NCBI GenBank assembly: GCA_034667465.1
Contig: JAXDJV010000013.1
Coordinates: forward strand, 188,303 to 252,302
Direction of reading: 5' to 3'
From: Acidobacteriota bacterium
Lineage (GTDB): Bacteria > Acidobacteriota > Thermoanaerobaculia > Gp7-AA8
DNA: 64,000 nucleotides
The notes beneath the pieces were generated by a model. The model did not search any database, had not been told where the DNA came from, and was given only the letters and a program-made list of their open reading frames with translations. A program made the position numbers and the translations under genes. Below, piece by piece: positions 1 to 9,608 of this stretch; within the stretch, counting starts at the first letter, position 1, and each line of letters opens with the position of its first letter.

Positions 1-1
1 T

Positions 2-598
2 GCCTCTACGCAGGCCGTTTCGACCGGCGCATATCGCGCGGTCGAATTCATCAAAGCGAACATCAAGCTCGACAGCGGCGCGACGAAAGCGTCGATCGAA
101 GACTCGAAAGCCGTCGTTGCCATCTGCACGAAGTACGCGCAGAAAGGCATGTTCAACATCTTCCTCACCATCTTCTTCTCGACGCTGGCCTTCGCCTGCT
201 TCGAGCCGTTCTTCTTCATCGGTTACCTGATCTCGATTGCACTCTTCGGTCTCTACCAGGCGATCTTCATGGCGAACGCCGGCGGCGCCTGGGACAACGC
301 AAAGAAGATCGTCGAGACGGAGCTGAAAGAGAAGGGCACGCCGCTGCACGCTGCATGCGTCGTCGGCGACACGGTCGGCGATCCGTTCAAGGACACGTCG
401 TCGGTTGCGATGAACCCGGTCATCAAATTCACGACGCTTTTCGGCCTCCTCGCCGTCGAGCTCGCGGTGGAGATGACGAAGAACGGACAGGGCAGTCTGC
501 TGCGCGTTCTTTCCGCGGTTTTCTTCATCATCTCGATGGTGTTCGTCTACCGCTCGTTTTACGGCATGCGCATCGGTTCGACCGAAGCTCAGGCGTAG
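2..598 (+). CDS. hppA: H+-translocating pyrophosphatase (HppA), C-terminal fragment; the 5' end lies outside the window
   Basis: The frame is open from position 2. The translation contains 'GGAWDNAKKIVE...GDTVGDPFKDTSSVAMNPVIKF', the conserved C-terminal core of membrane PPases, followed by C-terminal TM helices. Confidence 0.85.
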   Translation, partial: ASTQAVSTGAYRAVEFIKANIKLDSGATKASIEDSKAVVAICTKYAQKGMFNIFLTIFFSTLAFACFEPFFFIGYLISIALFGLYQAIFMANAGGAWDNAKKIVETELKEKGTPLHAACVVGDTVGDPFKDTSSVAMNPVIKFTTLFGLLAVELAVEMTKNGQGSLLRVLSAVFFIISMVFVYRSFYGMRIGSTEAQA

Positions 599-621
599 CT
601 CGCAAAAGATCGATCCAATCC

Positions 622-652
622 GGCCCCGGGCGACTGTGCCCGGGGCTTTTTG
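622..652 (+). terminator. Rho-independent terminator after hppA
   Basis: GC stem ccccgggc-gactgt-gcccgggg followed by a T-run (cttttt), about 25 nt after the stop. Confidence 0.6.
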
Positions 653-775
653 TTGCATGCGTGACTCTCATGAGGGACACATTTTTCGCCTGCTTGCATG
701 TGTCTGTGAGGTTTATGCACACTGCACGACGTCCAGGCCAAATTTTCGCGACCGCCCTCCGGTTCTGAGCAAAAG

Positions 776-3013
776 ATGATCGATCCAAACCAGCTGCTGG
801 ATGTAGTTCCTCAGGCGATCATCGCCACTGACCCGAGCGGAATCATCACCTACTGGAACGGTGGCGCCGAGCGGCTGTACGGATGGAAAAGCGAAGAGGT
901 CATCGGCCGCCGGATCTCTGAAGTCACGGTACCGGTACCGGCATTGGCGCGCGCCGGCGAGATCATGGAAAATCGCTGCGGCCGAAAGGACTGGTCGGGC
1001 GCATTTCGCGTGCGCCGCCGCGACGGCTCCGAGTTCGTTGCGCTCGTCTCGAACACGGCGCTCGCAAACGAAAACGGCGAGACCACTTCCATCGTCGGCG
1101 TTTCCGCGGCGCTCGAGCAGTTCGACGTTCCGCAGATCCGCGCCGAATCCGAAGCGTTCTATCGCGACATCGTCGAGAGCGCCCAGGAAGGAATCATGAT
1201 GAGCGACGTGAACGGACGCGTCATGTACGCGAACGACCGCTTCGCCGAAATGGTCGGCTACTCCGCAGAAAAAACGCTCGGCCGCCACATGCTCGAGTTC
1301 CTGCCGGAAGAGGAACACGCCCGCATCAATGAAAAGAATGCGCGCCATGGCGAGTCGATCTCCGAGCAGTACGAGCTCCGCATGCAGCGCACGGACGGCA
1401 CGCGGTTCTGGGTGCTGATCGAGTCGCGTCCGATGAAGGACCCCGCGGGAAACTTTCGCGGCACGCGCGCCACCGTCATCGACATCACGTCGCGCCGCGA
1501 ATCCGAAGAGCGGTTGCGCGGACGCGAACTGCAGTTGCGCGAAGCGCAGAAAGTCGCGCGCATCGCCAGCTGGGATCTCGACCTGCGCAAGCGCGTCTGC
1601 CACTCCGAAGAAGGGTGGGGCATCGACAGCGCATCGCTTCTTCTGCCGGCGGACGTTCCGCTCGACGAGATCATCGATCTCATTCATCCCTCCGATCGCG
1701 ACCGCGTGCTGGCGGCACTTGCAGAAACGGAACTGACCGGCCGCACGTTCGAAGTCGAATACCGGATCTGCCTTTACGACGGGAAGTACCGCATCATCCA
1801 TTCGCGCGGTGAGCTCGTTCGCGGCGACGACGGTGAGCCGCTGCGCATCGCCGGCGTCGTGCAGAACATCACCGAGCGCAAACGTCTCGAAGATCGTCTG
1901 CAACAGGCCGAGCGCGTCTCCAGCATCGGCCGGCTCGCTTCGTCGGTCGCGCACGAGTTCAACAACATCCTCATGGGCATTCAGCCGTTCGCGGAGCTGA
2001 TCTCGCGCCGCGCCAACGGCGACGAAACGATCACGAACGCCGCGACCCAGATCGCCGGCAGCGTGGCGCGCGGCAAGCGCATTACGCAGGACATTCTCCG
2101 TTTCACGCGCACGCCCGATCCGGTGCTGCGCAGCATCGACGTCGCGTCGTGGCTGCATCGCGTCGAGCCCGATCTGCGGCAGCTCGCGGGCCCGCGCGTC
2201 AGTCTCGCAGTTCACAGCGATCAGCTGACGATGCTCGCCGATGACGAACAGCTCCGGCAGGTCCTCTCGAATCTGGTCGTCAATGCTGCCGATGCGATGC
2301 CGCTCGGCGGACAGCTGTTCATCGATGCCTCAGCCGAGGGTAAATCGGCTCACATCGTCGTCCGCGATACCGGCAGCGGCATGTCGCCGGAAACGCTGGC
2401 GATGATTTTCGAGCCGCTCTTCACGACGAAAAAATCGGGTGGCAATGGACTCGGACTGGCCATCGCCTATCAACTGATGCAGCGTCAGGACGGCAACATC
2501 ACCGCAGAAAGCGAGCCGGGACGCGGCAGCACGTTCCACCTCCGCATCCCGCTGTCGAAAGAAACGCCCGCCGAAACAAAACGGACGAGCGGAGCGTATC
2601 CGATCGAGATGAGATGGCCCTTCGCACGCATCACGCTCGTCGAAGACAACGAGTCGGTCGCCGACGGACTCGCTGCAGTCCTGGCGCTGGACGGCGTCTC
2701 CGTCGACATCGTTCCCACCGGCGGCGAAGCGGTCAACCGCATCGAGGAGCACAAGCCTGAAGCGGTCGTCCTCGACATCGGCCTCCCCGATATCAGCGGC
2801 CTCGTCGTCTTCGATCGCATCTCCGCACGCTGGCCGAATCTCCCGGTGCTCTTCTCCACCGGTCACGGCGACGAGAAACTCCTCGGCGATCGGCTCGAAC
2901 GCCCGAACGTCGCCTGGCTGCAAAAGCCTTACGAAACCGACGCGCTCCTGACAGAGATGCGAAAGCTTCACAAGGCGATGGAAGACGGCGCCGTTAGAAT
3001 CTCCTCATCATGA
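776..3013 (+). CDS. Hybrid sensor histidine kinase: PAS/PAC repeats, HisKA, HATPase_c and a C-terminal receiver domain
   Basis: Multiple PAS-like blocks. H-box 'SSVAHEFNNILMGIQ'. ATPase G-boxes 'DTGSGM...GGNGLGLAI'. Receiver 'LVEDNESVADG...VLDIGLPDISG'. Confidence 0.85.
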   Translation: MIDPNQLLDVVPQAIIATDPSGIITYWNGGAERLYGWKSEEVIGRRISEVTVPVPALARAGEIMENRCGRKDWSGAFRVRRRDGSEFVALVSNTALANENGETTSIVGVSAALEQFDVPQIRAESEAFYRDIVESAQEGIMMSDVNGRVMYANDRFAEMVGYSAEKTLGRHMLEFLPEEEHARINEKNARHGESISEQYELRMQRTDGTRFWVLIESRPMKDPAGNFRGTRATVIDITSRRESEERLRGRELQLREAQKVARIASWDLDLRKRVCHSEEGWGIDSASLLLPADVPLDEIIDLIHPSDRDRVLAALAETELTGRTFEVEYRICLYDGKYRIIHSRGELVRGDDGEPLRIAGVVQNITERKRLEDRLQQAERVSSIGRLASSVAHEFNNILMGIQPFAELISRRANGDETITNAATQIAGSVARGKRITQDILRFTRTPDPVLRSIDVASWLHRVEPDLRQLAGPRVSLAVHSDQLTMLADDEQLRQVLSNLVVNAADAMPLGGQLFIDASAEGKSAHIVVRDTGSGMSPETLAMIFEPLFTTKKSGGNGLGLAIAYQLMQRQDGNITAESEPGRGSTFHLRIPLSKETPAETKRTSGAYPIEMRWPFARITLVEDNESVADGLAAVLALDGVSVDIVPTGGEAVNRIEEHKPEAVVLDIGLPDISGLVVFDRISARWPNLPVLFSTGHGDEKLLGDRLERPNVAWLQKPYETDALLTEMRKLHKAMEDGAVRISSS

Positions 3014-3462
3014 AACGACTCGCCGTCATTCTCTGCACGCTCGCACTCGCTCTGTCCGCTTTCGCCGCCGACACGATCGTCCGCCGCGGCTCGGCGATCT
3101 CGAAGACCGCGAAGAGCGCTTCGCTCGCCGACGTCCTTGCGAATCCCGACAAGTACACGACCGACGCCGTCATCGTCGAAGGCGTGATCGCGAAGTCGTG
3201 CACGCGCAAAGGCTGCTGGATGCAGCTCGCGCCCGCCGCCGACAAGGATGGCGTTCGCGTGACGTTCAAAGACTACGGCTTCTTCATCCCGCTCGATGCG
3301 AAAGGGATGAAAGCGCGCGCCGAAGGAGTGGCGGTGGTGAAGACGCTCTCGAAAGAAGAGGCCGATCATCTCGCCGGCGAAGGCGCCACGCTCGCGCGCA
3401 ACGAAGACGGCACCGCGCGCGAAGTGTCGTTCGTCGCGAACGGCGTCGAGCTGCGCAAGTAG
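3010..3462 (+). CDS. Secreted DUF4920-like protein
   Basis: Signal peptide 'MKRLAVILCTLALALSAFAA'. 'CTRKGCWMQL' CxxxGC motif typical of DUF4920. Its start overlaps the kinase stop by 4 nt. Confidence 0.55.
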   Translation: MKRLAVILCTLALALSAFAADTIVRRGSAISKTAKSASLADVLANPDKYTTDAVIVEGVIAKSCTRKGCWMQLAPAADKDGVRVTFKDYGFFIPLDAKGMKARAEGVAVVKTLSKEEADHLAGEGATLARNEDGTAREVSFVANGVELRK

Positions 3463-3464
3463 CG

Positions 3465-4682
3465 TTACTGCACGCGCAGCGGATCGCTCATCTCCGACGT
3501 TCCGGCGCCGGTCGTCGTCGCGGTGGCGGCGACAAATTCTCCCGACGCGGCTTCGCTGATGCCGTTACGGCGATCGACGTCGAAACGCGCTTCGCCGCGC
3601 GTATCGGTGCGAATGTCGATACTGCCGAGGAACCTGCGGCCTTCTGCAAGTCCGAGCGGCGTCCGATCGGCGCTCGCGAAAATCTCGATATGCACGTTCG
3701 TGTTCGGCGCGGCGGTCAGCACGCCATGCACGTTGAATGAACCGATGGTGTTCGCGAACGTCAGCAGCGGCGGCTGAATGGAGTTCGGTGATACGCCGTC
3801 GTGGCCGACGTCGATCGACATCAGCGCGTTGCGAAAGATCGTGTTGCCGATGACGCTGACGAGCGTCGTTGCAGGCTGCGTCGCGATGCCGCTCGCGCCG
3901 TTGTACGCGATGTGGTTCTGCGAAATGGTGATGACGGTACCGAACTTCGTGCTGCCGTTGACGTCGATGCCGTTCACGCCGTTTCCAAGCTCGACGTCAT
4001 CCGAGTTGCCGGTTCCGATCACGTTGTCGAAGATCATGCCGTCACGCAGTTCGGCACCGAAGATGCCGTTACCGCGATTGCCGGAGATCAGGTTGTGCTC
4101 GATGCGCGGCAGGAACGTCCGAATCAACAGCACGCCGTTGTATCCGTTCGGCAGCGCACGCGTGCCGGTCGGATCGACGCCGATGTAGTTCGACGGCTGC
4201 GTTTCGATCGGTGAGTACGGATTCGGACCGACGCGATTGTTGTCGCCACCTTCGATGACGATTCCGTTGCCGCCGAAGCGATTGATCGCGAGTCCGAAAA
4301 TCCCCGCACTGCTGTTGAAGTGGATCTTCAACCCGGGAGCGAGACCGGCGTTTTCACCATCGAGCTCGATCTCCGGACCGAGCGGATTCGTGTCGCCGGT
4401 GGCGAGCGTTTGCGAATGACCGTCGATCACCATGCGCCAGCCGGCGAGCACCGGCAGCGGCGACTGCGGACGGATCGTGAACCATCCCGATGCAGGCACC
4501 GGCGGCGGCAGATTGAAGACGATGTAGCACGGCGAATCGCATATGACGCGGCTGTTGGCGGCGAGGATTCCGTCGCGCAGCGAGCCGGGACCGGAGTCAT
4601 CGGTCGTCGTGACGGTGTAGAGCCCGGCGGACGCAACCGAAGCGAGGAGCAGCGACGCGAGAATGGCGGCGGCGAGTTTCAT
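3465..4682 (-). CDS. Secreted right-handed parallel beta-helix repeat protein
   Basis: Internal start 'MKLAAAILASLLLASVASA' (signal peptide). The longer ORF upstream is an Arg-rich extension. Repeated 'NxIxGNxGNGI' beta-helix turns. Confidence 0.7.
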   Translation of the reverse strand: MKLAAAILASLLLASVASAGLYTVTTTDDSGPGSLRDGILAANSRVICDSPCYIVFNLPPPVPASGWFTIRPQSPLPVLAGWRMVIDGHSQTLATGDTNPLGPEIELDGENAGLAPGLKIHFNSSAGIFGLAINRFGGNGIVIEGGDNNRVGPNPYSPIETQPSNYIGVDPTGTRALPNGYNGVLLIRTFLPRIEHNLISGNRGNGIFGAELRDGMIFDNVIGTGNSDDVELGNGVNGIDVNGSTKFGTVITISQNHIAYNGASGIATQPATTLVSVIGNTIFRNALMSIDVGHDGVSPNSIQPPLLTFANTIGSFNVHGVLTAAPNTNVHIEIFASADRTPLGLAEGRRFLGSIDIRTDTRGEARFDVDRRNGISEAASGEFVAATATTTGAGTSEMSDPLRVQ

Positions 4683-4722
4683 CGGAACTGATACGCAGTC
4701 CCTGCAAAAACCGTCGCTGTTT

Positions 4723-6048
4723 TTACTGGCGCCTGACCTGATCGAACCACGCCACCAGCTTCGGCGAGAACGATTTCGGATCGAGACGCAGGCTCGTGTT
4801 GAGCGACAGCGCCGCTTTGAGGTCCGCGTTCGCGGCCGCCGCCAGGTTCGGCTGACGCGAAAGCACCGAGCGCGTATACCGCGTGCAGCCGCGCAACAGC
4901 AGCGCTTCCGGCGAGCGCTTCGATTCGAGCAGCCGGCTGAGCAGTTCATCGGCGCGCGCAAGGTCGCCCGCCGCATAGGCGCGGTAAGCGAGCTCGAGCG
5001 TCGGATCAACGATCGTCACCGTCGCTGTTTTGACCTGCGGCATCCGCGCTGACAACGTCTTCTCGTTCGCAGCGATCCTGTCGGTGATCTTCCGAATCGT
5101 CGCATCGCTCGCATTCGCGGCGAGCTGCTTTTCGATCGACGTCACTTCTTTCAACTGCGCGTTCGATGCGACACCGGAATCGACGAGATGCCGCCGATAC
5201 TGCTGCACCGCGAGCCGCGCATCGACGAGCGCTTCGCTTTCAATCTGCACCGGCGCCGGAGCCGGAGCAGCGACGACAGCCTTTTTGTCCGCGACGGTCG
5301 CGGTGACCGTCGGCGGCATCACCGGCACGGAGACCGGTTGCGGCTGCGGTTGCGGCGGAGGAACCGGCTGCGGCTGAATCGCCGGCGTCGTCTGCTTCGC
5401 GACCTGCACCGTTCGATTGGCGCGTTGCTTCCGCGCGTCTTCCGCGGTCGACGCAAACATCGATGCTGCCTGCGAGGCGGTATCTGCCGCGCGGCGGAAG
5501 AGGCGTGAGTCAGTTCCCGCCTCCTTCGCCTGCTCTTTCGCTTCCTGCAGTTTTCGCTGCGCGGCGCGATAGCCGTCGGTGCGATCCGCGCCCGCCGCCA
5601 CGGCGTCGTTCTGCGCACGCATCGCCGCGCTGATCGCCGTCGTCGCCGCGTTCCGACTTTCCGCCGCCCCAGCCTCGGAGCTCTTCTGTTTCTGCGACTG
5701 CGCGCGCGACATCCAGTCGCGCAACGACGCGTAGTACTGCGTCGACTGCACGACGCCCTGATCTTCCGACGTCTTCAGTTCGCGCAGCGCGCCGTCGACG
5801 TCATCGAGATTCAGCTTTGCGATGCCGAGCCAGAAATGCGGCACGTACGTGATGATCTCGTTGCGCAACCGCAGCGCGCCGTTCTCGGTCGGATTCTCCG
5901 CGATGGCGCGCTGCAGCAACTCCGCGCCGGCCGCGTAGTTCTTCGCGCGTACGGCTTCGACTCCGCGCCTGTACGCATCGCCCGGTTTGTCGGCAGCGGC
6001 CAGCGGCAGCGCTGCAAAAACGAGCATCGCGATCAGGAGCCGCTTCAC
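4723..6048 (-). CDS. Secreted TPR-like protein with a Pro/Gln-rich linker
   Basis: Signal peptide 'MKRLLIAMLVFAALPLAAA'. Helical TPR-like N- and C-terminal halves separated by 'PQPVPPPQPQPQPVSVPV'. Its ATG overlaps the kinase stop (ATGA). Confidence 0.6.
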   Translation of the reverse strand: MKRLLIAMLVFAALPLAAADKPGDAYRRGVEAVRAKNYAAGAELLQRAIAENPTENGALRLRNEIITYVPHFWLGIAKLNLDDVDGALRELKTSEDQGVVQSTQYYASLRDWMSRAQSQKQKSSEAGAAESRNAATTAISAAMRAQNDAVAAGADRTDGYRAAQRKLQEAKEQAKEAGTDSRLFRRAADTASQAASMFASTAEDARKQRANRTVQVAKQTTPAIQPQPVPPPQPQPQPVSVPVMPPTVTATVADKKAVVAAPAPAPVQIESEALVDARLAVQQYRRHLVDSGVASNAQLKEVTSIEKQLAANASDATIRKITDRIAANEKTLSARMPQVKTATVTIVDPTLELAYRAYAAGDLARADELLSRLLESKRSPEALLLRGCTRYTRSVLSRQPNLAAAANADLKAALSLNTSLRLDPKSFSPKLVAWFDQVRRQ

Positions 6049-7649
6049 TGCGCGCTCCCTTCAAATCGCGGGAGCTCGGCACGATTGGGATCGGAGAAAT
6101 GAATGTCGACCTGTTCGTCGGCGCCGGCTTTCACTTCAATCTCTCCGCGCTTCGGAAGCCGGAACTGCGGATTCGAAAGCGTGATCTCGTACCGTCCCGG
6201 CGGAAGGTCGAGCGGCGCCGGCGTCACGAGCGGCGCTTTCAGTTCGACGGGTTCGCCCGTCTCGAGATTTTTGATGCTCGTCACTTCGCCCCACGGATAC
6301 GCGTTGATACCGATGTGTCCCTGCGCGGCCGGCGTGACGATCGACTGGCTCGCCACCGCCGGAAGACTGGACGGATCGACATCCGACTTGTGACGCATCC
6401 ACATCGCCGCGCCGCTGGTCATCGCAACGGCAACACCCGCGGCAATGAGCCACTTCACGATCGGTCCGCGATTGACAGGAGCAGACGCCGATTCCGCCGG
6501 CGGCACTTTCACCAGCTCTCGATCGTCGACCGGCGTCCGTCCGCCGCTGAGCGTCTTCACCGTCTCCGCACCGGCCGGACCGCTCTTCGTGAACACGGTC
6601 GCAACTTCGTCCTGCGCCGGACGCGAGACGCGCGTCGGCTCGAACGTCAGCTCCGCTTCGACCGGCAGTGGGGCCGGCGCCCCCGGCGTGTCGTCGAGCG
6701 ACGGCAGCAGCTCTTCGAGCGCTTTCGAAAATTCGCGCGCGGTCGCAAAACGGTTCGTGCGATCTTTCTCCAGCGCTTTGAAGATCAGCGCTTCAAGCGC
6801 CGCCGATGCGGTCGTCGTCGGATTCACATCGCGCAGCGCGCGAGGCCGTTCCGACGCGTGGAGCATCAGGTATTTGTGCGGCGTGTCGGCCTGGAACGGC
6901 GGAACGCCGGTCAGCATCTCGTAGAGAACGATGCCGAACGAATAGAGATCGGCGCGGCCGTCGATCCGCTCGTTCTCGCCGAGCATGCCGAGGTGTTCGG
7001 GCGAGCAGTACTTCCACTTGCCGACGAACATGCCGGTCTTGGTTTTGTTGTCGTCTTCGCCGTTGCCCTGCTTGGCGATGCCGAGGTCGATAATCTTGAC
7101 GCGCTCGTCGCCGTCTTCGCTGCGCGCGATCATGATGTTCTCGGGGCTGACGTCGCGATGGACGATGCCTGCGCGATGAACGGCGTCGAGTCCGAGCAGC
7201 GCCTGAATGGCGATCGTCGCCGCATAGCGCGGCGAAAGCGGACCACGCTGCGCGATCAGTTCGTGCAGGTTGATCCCTTCGATGTACTCCCACACCATGT
7301 AGCGCGCGGTGTCGTCGAGCGTGGAGAAATCGTAGAGCGCGGCGACGTTCGGATGGCTGATGCGTGTTGCAAGTCGCGCCTCGCGGAGGAAGCGATCGTG
7401 CGCGCCCGCGTCACCTGCGATGTTCGCGCGCATCAACTTGATGACGCGGATCGAGTTCAGATGGATGTGCAGCGCCTTGTAGACCTCGCCCATGCCGCCG
7501 ACGCCGAGGCGCGACAGGATCTGATACTTCCCATCGATCGGCGTCTCGAGATATTTGCGAAGAAAATCGGTGACAGCCTCGCCGCAATGGGGGCAGGCTT
7601 TATAGCGCGGATCGATTTCCGATCTGCAGTGAATGCAGAAGAAGGACAT
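6045..7649 (-). CDS. Hanks-type Ser/Thr protein kinase with an N-terminal zinc ribbon, one TM segment and an extracytoplasmic PEGA-like domain
   Basis: 'CIHCRSEI...CPHCGE' zinc ribbon. 'GVGGMGEVYKA' P-loop. 'HRDVSPENIMI' catalytic loop. DLG and SPE motifs. A hydrophobic helix, then a C-terminal beta-rich 'PPGRYEITLS' domain. Confidence 0.85.
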   Translation of the reverse strand: MSFFCIHCRSEIDPRYKACPHCGEAVTDFLRKYLETPIDGKYQILSRLGVGGMGEVYKALHIHLNSIRVIKLMRANIAGDAGAHDRFLREARLATRISHPNVAALYDFSTLDDTARYMVWEYIEGINLHELIAQRGPLSPRYAATIAIQALLGLDAVHRAGIVHRDVSPENIMIARSEDGDERVKIIDLGIAKQGNGEDDNKTKTGMFVGKWKYCSPEHLGMLGENERIDGRADLYSFGIVLYEMLTGVPPFQADTPHKYLMLHASERPRALRDVNPTTTASAALEALIFKALEKDRTNRFATAREFSKALEELLPSLDDTPGAPAPLPVEAELTFEPTRVSRPAQDEVATVFTKSGPAGAETVKTLSGGRTPVDDRELVKVPPAESASAPVNRGPIVKWLIAAGVAVAMTSGAAMWMRHKSDVDPSSLPAVASQSIVTPAAQGHIGINAYPWGEVTSIKNLETGEPVELKAPLVTPAPLDLPPGRYEITLSNPQFRLPKRGEIEVKAGADEQVDIHFSDPNRAELPRFEGSAQ

Positions 7650-7689
7650 GGGGGCTGGACCTCGGTTTCACCGATTATAAGATGCCCGG

Positions 7690-8082
7690 GTGCGGGAACA
7701 GACATTTACGGTGCGTACAGCGGCTCGGGAAGAAATTCGCCTCATAACCGCTGAGGTCGATAAAGCTCTCGGCGCGCTGACGCAGGACGACGGAATCTGC
7801 ACGATCGTCACGCCACACACGACCTGCGCAATCTCCGTGAATGAGAACGCTGACCCGGACGTCCCGCGAGACCTGACCAAAGCGCTGCGCGCCATGATCC
7901 CGAACGTGAAGTTCGAGCACGACGAAGGCAACTCGGACGCGCATCTGCTGTCGATGCTGATCGGTACGTCGCTGTCATGGCCCTACCGCAAAGGCAAACT
8001 CGTGCTCGGGCAGTGGCAGGCGATTTACTTCATCGAACTCGACGGGCCGAGGGAGCGGGATGTGACGGTGTATGTGACTTAA
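7690..8082 (+). CDS. yjbQ: YjbQ/UPF0047 family protein (secondary thiamine-phosphate synthase-like)
   Basis: 130 aa. 'ICTIVTPHTTCAISVNEN...DAHLLSMLIGTSLSWPY' is typical of the YjbQ fold. Confidence 0.8.
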   Translation: MREQTFTVRTAAREEIRLITAEVDKALGALTQDDGICTIVTPHTTCAISVNENADPDVPRDLTKALRAMIPNVKFEHDEGNSDAHLLSMLIGTSLSWPYRKGKLVLGQWQAIYFIELDGPRERDVTVYVT

Positions 8083-8087
8083 CCAAC

Positions 8088-8165
8088 CTGTGCTGAGTGC
8101 AGAGTGCTGAGTGCTGAGTAAAACCGGTCCCCGACTCAGCACTCTGCACTCAGCACTCTGCACCT
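8088..8165. repeat. REP-like palindromic element, copy A (GTGCTGAGTGCAGAGTGCTGAGTGCTGAGT arms)
   Basis: Inverted repeat of GTGCTGA/GTGCAGA heptads around a 14-nt loop. Closely related copies occur at about 24665..24760 and 41637..41730. Confidence 0.7.
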
Positions 8166-8177
8166 TCGAGGTTTGAA

Positions 8178-9608
8178 ATGCCCGAATCCTTCGACATAGT
8201 CGTCATCGGCGGCGGTACCGCCGGCCTCGTCACCGCCTCCGGCTGCGCGCGGCTTGGGCGGCGCGTGGCGATGATCGAGCGGGAAAAGCTCGGCGGCGAT
8301 TGTCTCTGGACCGGCTGCGTGCCGACGAAGGCGCTGGTCGCCACGGCGAAGCTCGCCGAGCAGATGCGTCATGCCGATCGTTACGGACTCTCGGCGCATG
8401 CGCCGGACATCTCGCCGCGTGCGGTGATGGAATCGATGCGTGCGCAGCGGCGCGCCATCGAGCATCACGACGACCCGGAGAAGTTTCGCAGGCTCGGCAT
8501 CGACGTCATTGAAGGCGATGCGAAGCTCGTCGCTAGCAGCGAAGTGGAAGCCGGCGGACGGCGGCTGATCGCAAAAGACATCGTGCTCGCCACCGGCGCG
8601 CGAACGAACGTGCCGCCGATCGACGGATTGAAAGAAAGCGGCTTCCTCGATCACGTCTCCTTCCTCGCGCAGGATTCGTTTCCGGCCTCGCTCGTGATCC
8701 TCGGCGGCGGCTACATCGGCATCGAGTTCGCGCAAATCTTTCGCCGCTTCGGCTCGCGCGTCGTCGTCGTCGAAATGCTCGACGAGATCATCAACAAGGA
8801 AGATCACGATGTCATCGCGCGCGTTCGTCAGCTGCTCGTCGACGAAGGGATCGAGCTCCGCACCGGCTGGGCGGCGAAGTCGGTTCGCGTCGAAGGCGGA
8901 AAGAAAATCGTCCGGATCGAAAACAGGATCGGCGAATCGCAGGAGGTCGCGGTCGATGAAGTCTTCGTCGCTTCCGGCCGCCGCGGTAACAGCGAAAACC
9001 TCGGGCTCGAAGCGATCGGCGTGAACGTCGAGAAGACATTCGTCACGGTCGACAAATACCTTTCGACGAGCGTCCCGCGCATCTGGGCGTGCGGCGACAT
9101 TCACGGCGGTCTGCAATTCACGCATGTCGCCGCGTACGAAGCGGTGAAGCTCGTGCGCAACATGCTCTTCCCCGGCCGCTCGGCGGTCAGCTACAGCGAC
9201 ATTCCGTGGGCGCTCTATACCGATCCCGAAGTCGGCCACATCGGCATGACCGAATCGGAAGCGAAAGCGGCGCACGGCGACGACGCGGTGAAGACGTACA
9301 CCGTCGAAATGGCGGAAGTCGATCGCGCCGTCGTCGATCGCACGCCGGCCGGTTTCATCAAGTTCGTCTGCGACACGAAGGGTCGCATCCTCGGCGCGCA
9401 CGCGCTCTGCGCAAACGCATCGACGGTCATCGCCGAAGTCGTCCTCGCACGAAAGAAAGGGATGAAGATCGGCGACCTCGCACAACGAATCTCGCCCTAT
9501 CCGTCGCTCGCCGACGCCACGCAAAAAGCGGCGTCGCTCTATTACCAGGACCTCGGCAGCTCATGGCTCGGCGCGATCGGCAAACGGATCGCGGCATGGA
9601 GCCAGTAG
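8178..9608 (+). CDS. FAD-dependent pyridine nucleotide-disulfide oxidoreductase (Lpd/MerA-like class I)
   Basis: 'VVIGGGTAGL' FAD-binding fold. Redox-active 'CLWTGCVPTK'. Second NAD-binding fold 'LVILGGGYIGIEFA'. Dimerisation domain. Confidence 0.85.
   Translation: MPESFDIVVIGGGTAGLVTASGCARLGRRVAMIEREKLGGDCLWTGCVPTKALVATAKLAEQMRHADRYGLSAHAPDISPRAVMESMRAQRRAIEHHDDPEKFRRLGIDVIEGDAKLVASSEVEAGGRRLIAKDIVLATGARTNVPPIDGLKESGFLDHVSFLAQDSFPASLVILGGGYIGIEFAQIFRRFGSRVVVVEMLDEIINKEDHDVIARVRQLLVDEGIELRTGWAAKSVRVEGGKKIVRIENRIGESQEVAVDEVFVASGRRGNSENLGLEAIGVNVEKTFVTVDKYLSTSVPRIWACGDIHGGLQFTHVAAYEAVKLVRNMLFPGRSAVSYSDIPWALYTDPEVGHIGMTESEAKAAHGDDAVKTYTVEMAEVDRAVVDRTPAGFIKFVCDTKGRILGAHALCANASTVIAEVVLARKKGMKIGDLAQRISPYPSLADATQKAASLYYQDLGSSWLGAIGKRIAAWSQ

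Noticed and set aside
713-2215. 500-aa minus-strand ORF opposite the PAS histidine kinase
   Set aside because: It is Arg/Ala-rich and low-complexity ('RARELPQIGLDAMQPRRDVDAAQHR'), fully antisense to a well-supported kinase gene. This is a typical high-GC antisense artefact.
6099-7754. 551-aa plus-strand ORF opposite the Ser/Thr kinase
   Set aside because: Arg-rich antisense artefact. The kinase on the minus strand has a complete Hanks motif set.
8136-9524. 462-aa minus-strand ORF opposite the FAD oxidoreductase
   Set aside because: Arg/Asp-rich with no motifs, antisense to a gene that has clear FAD/NAD and CxxxxC motifs.
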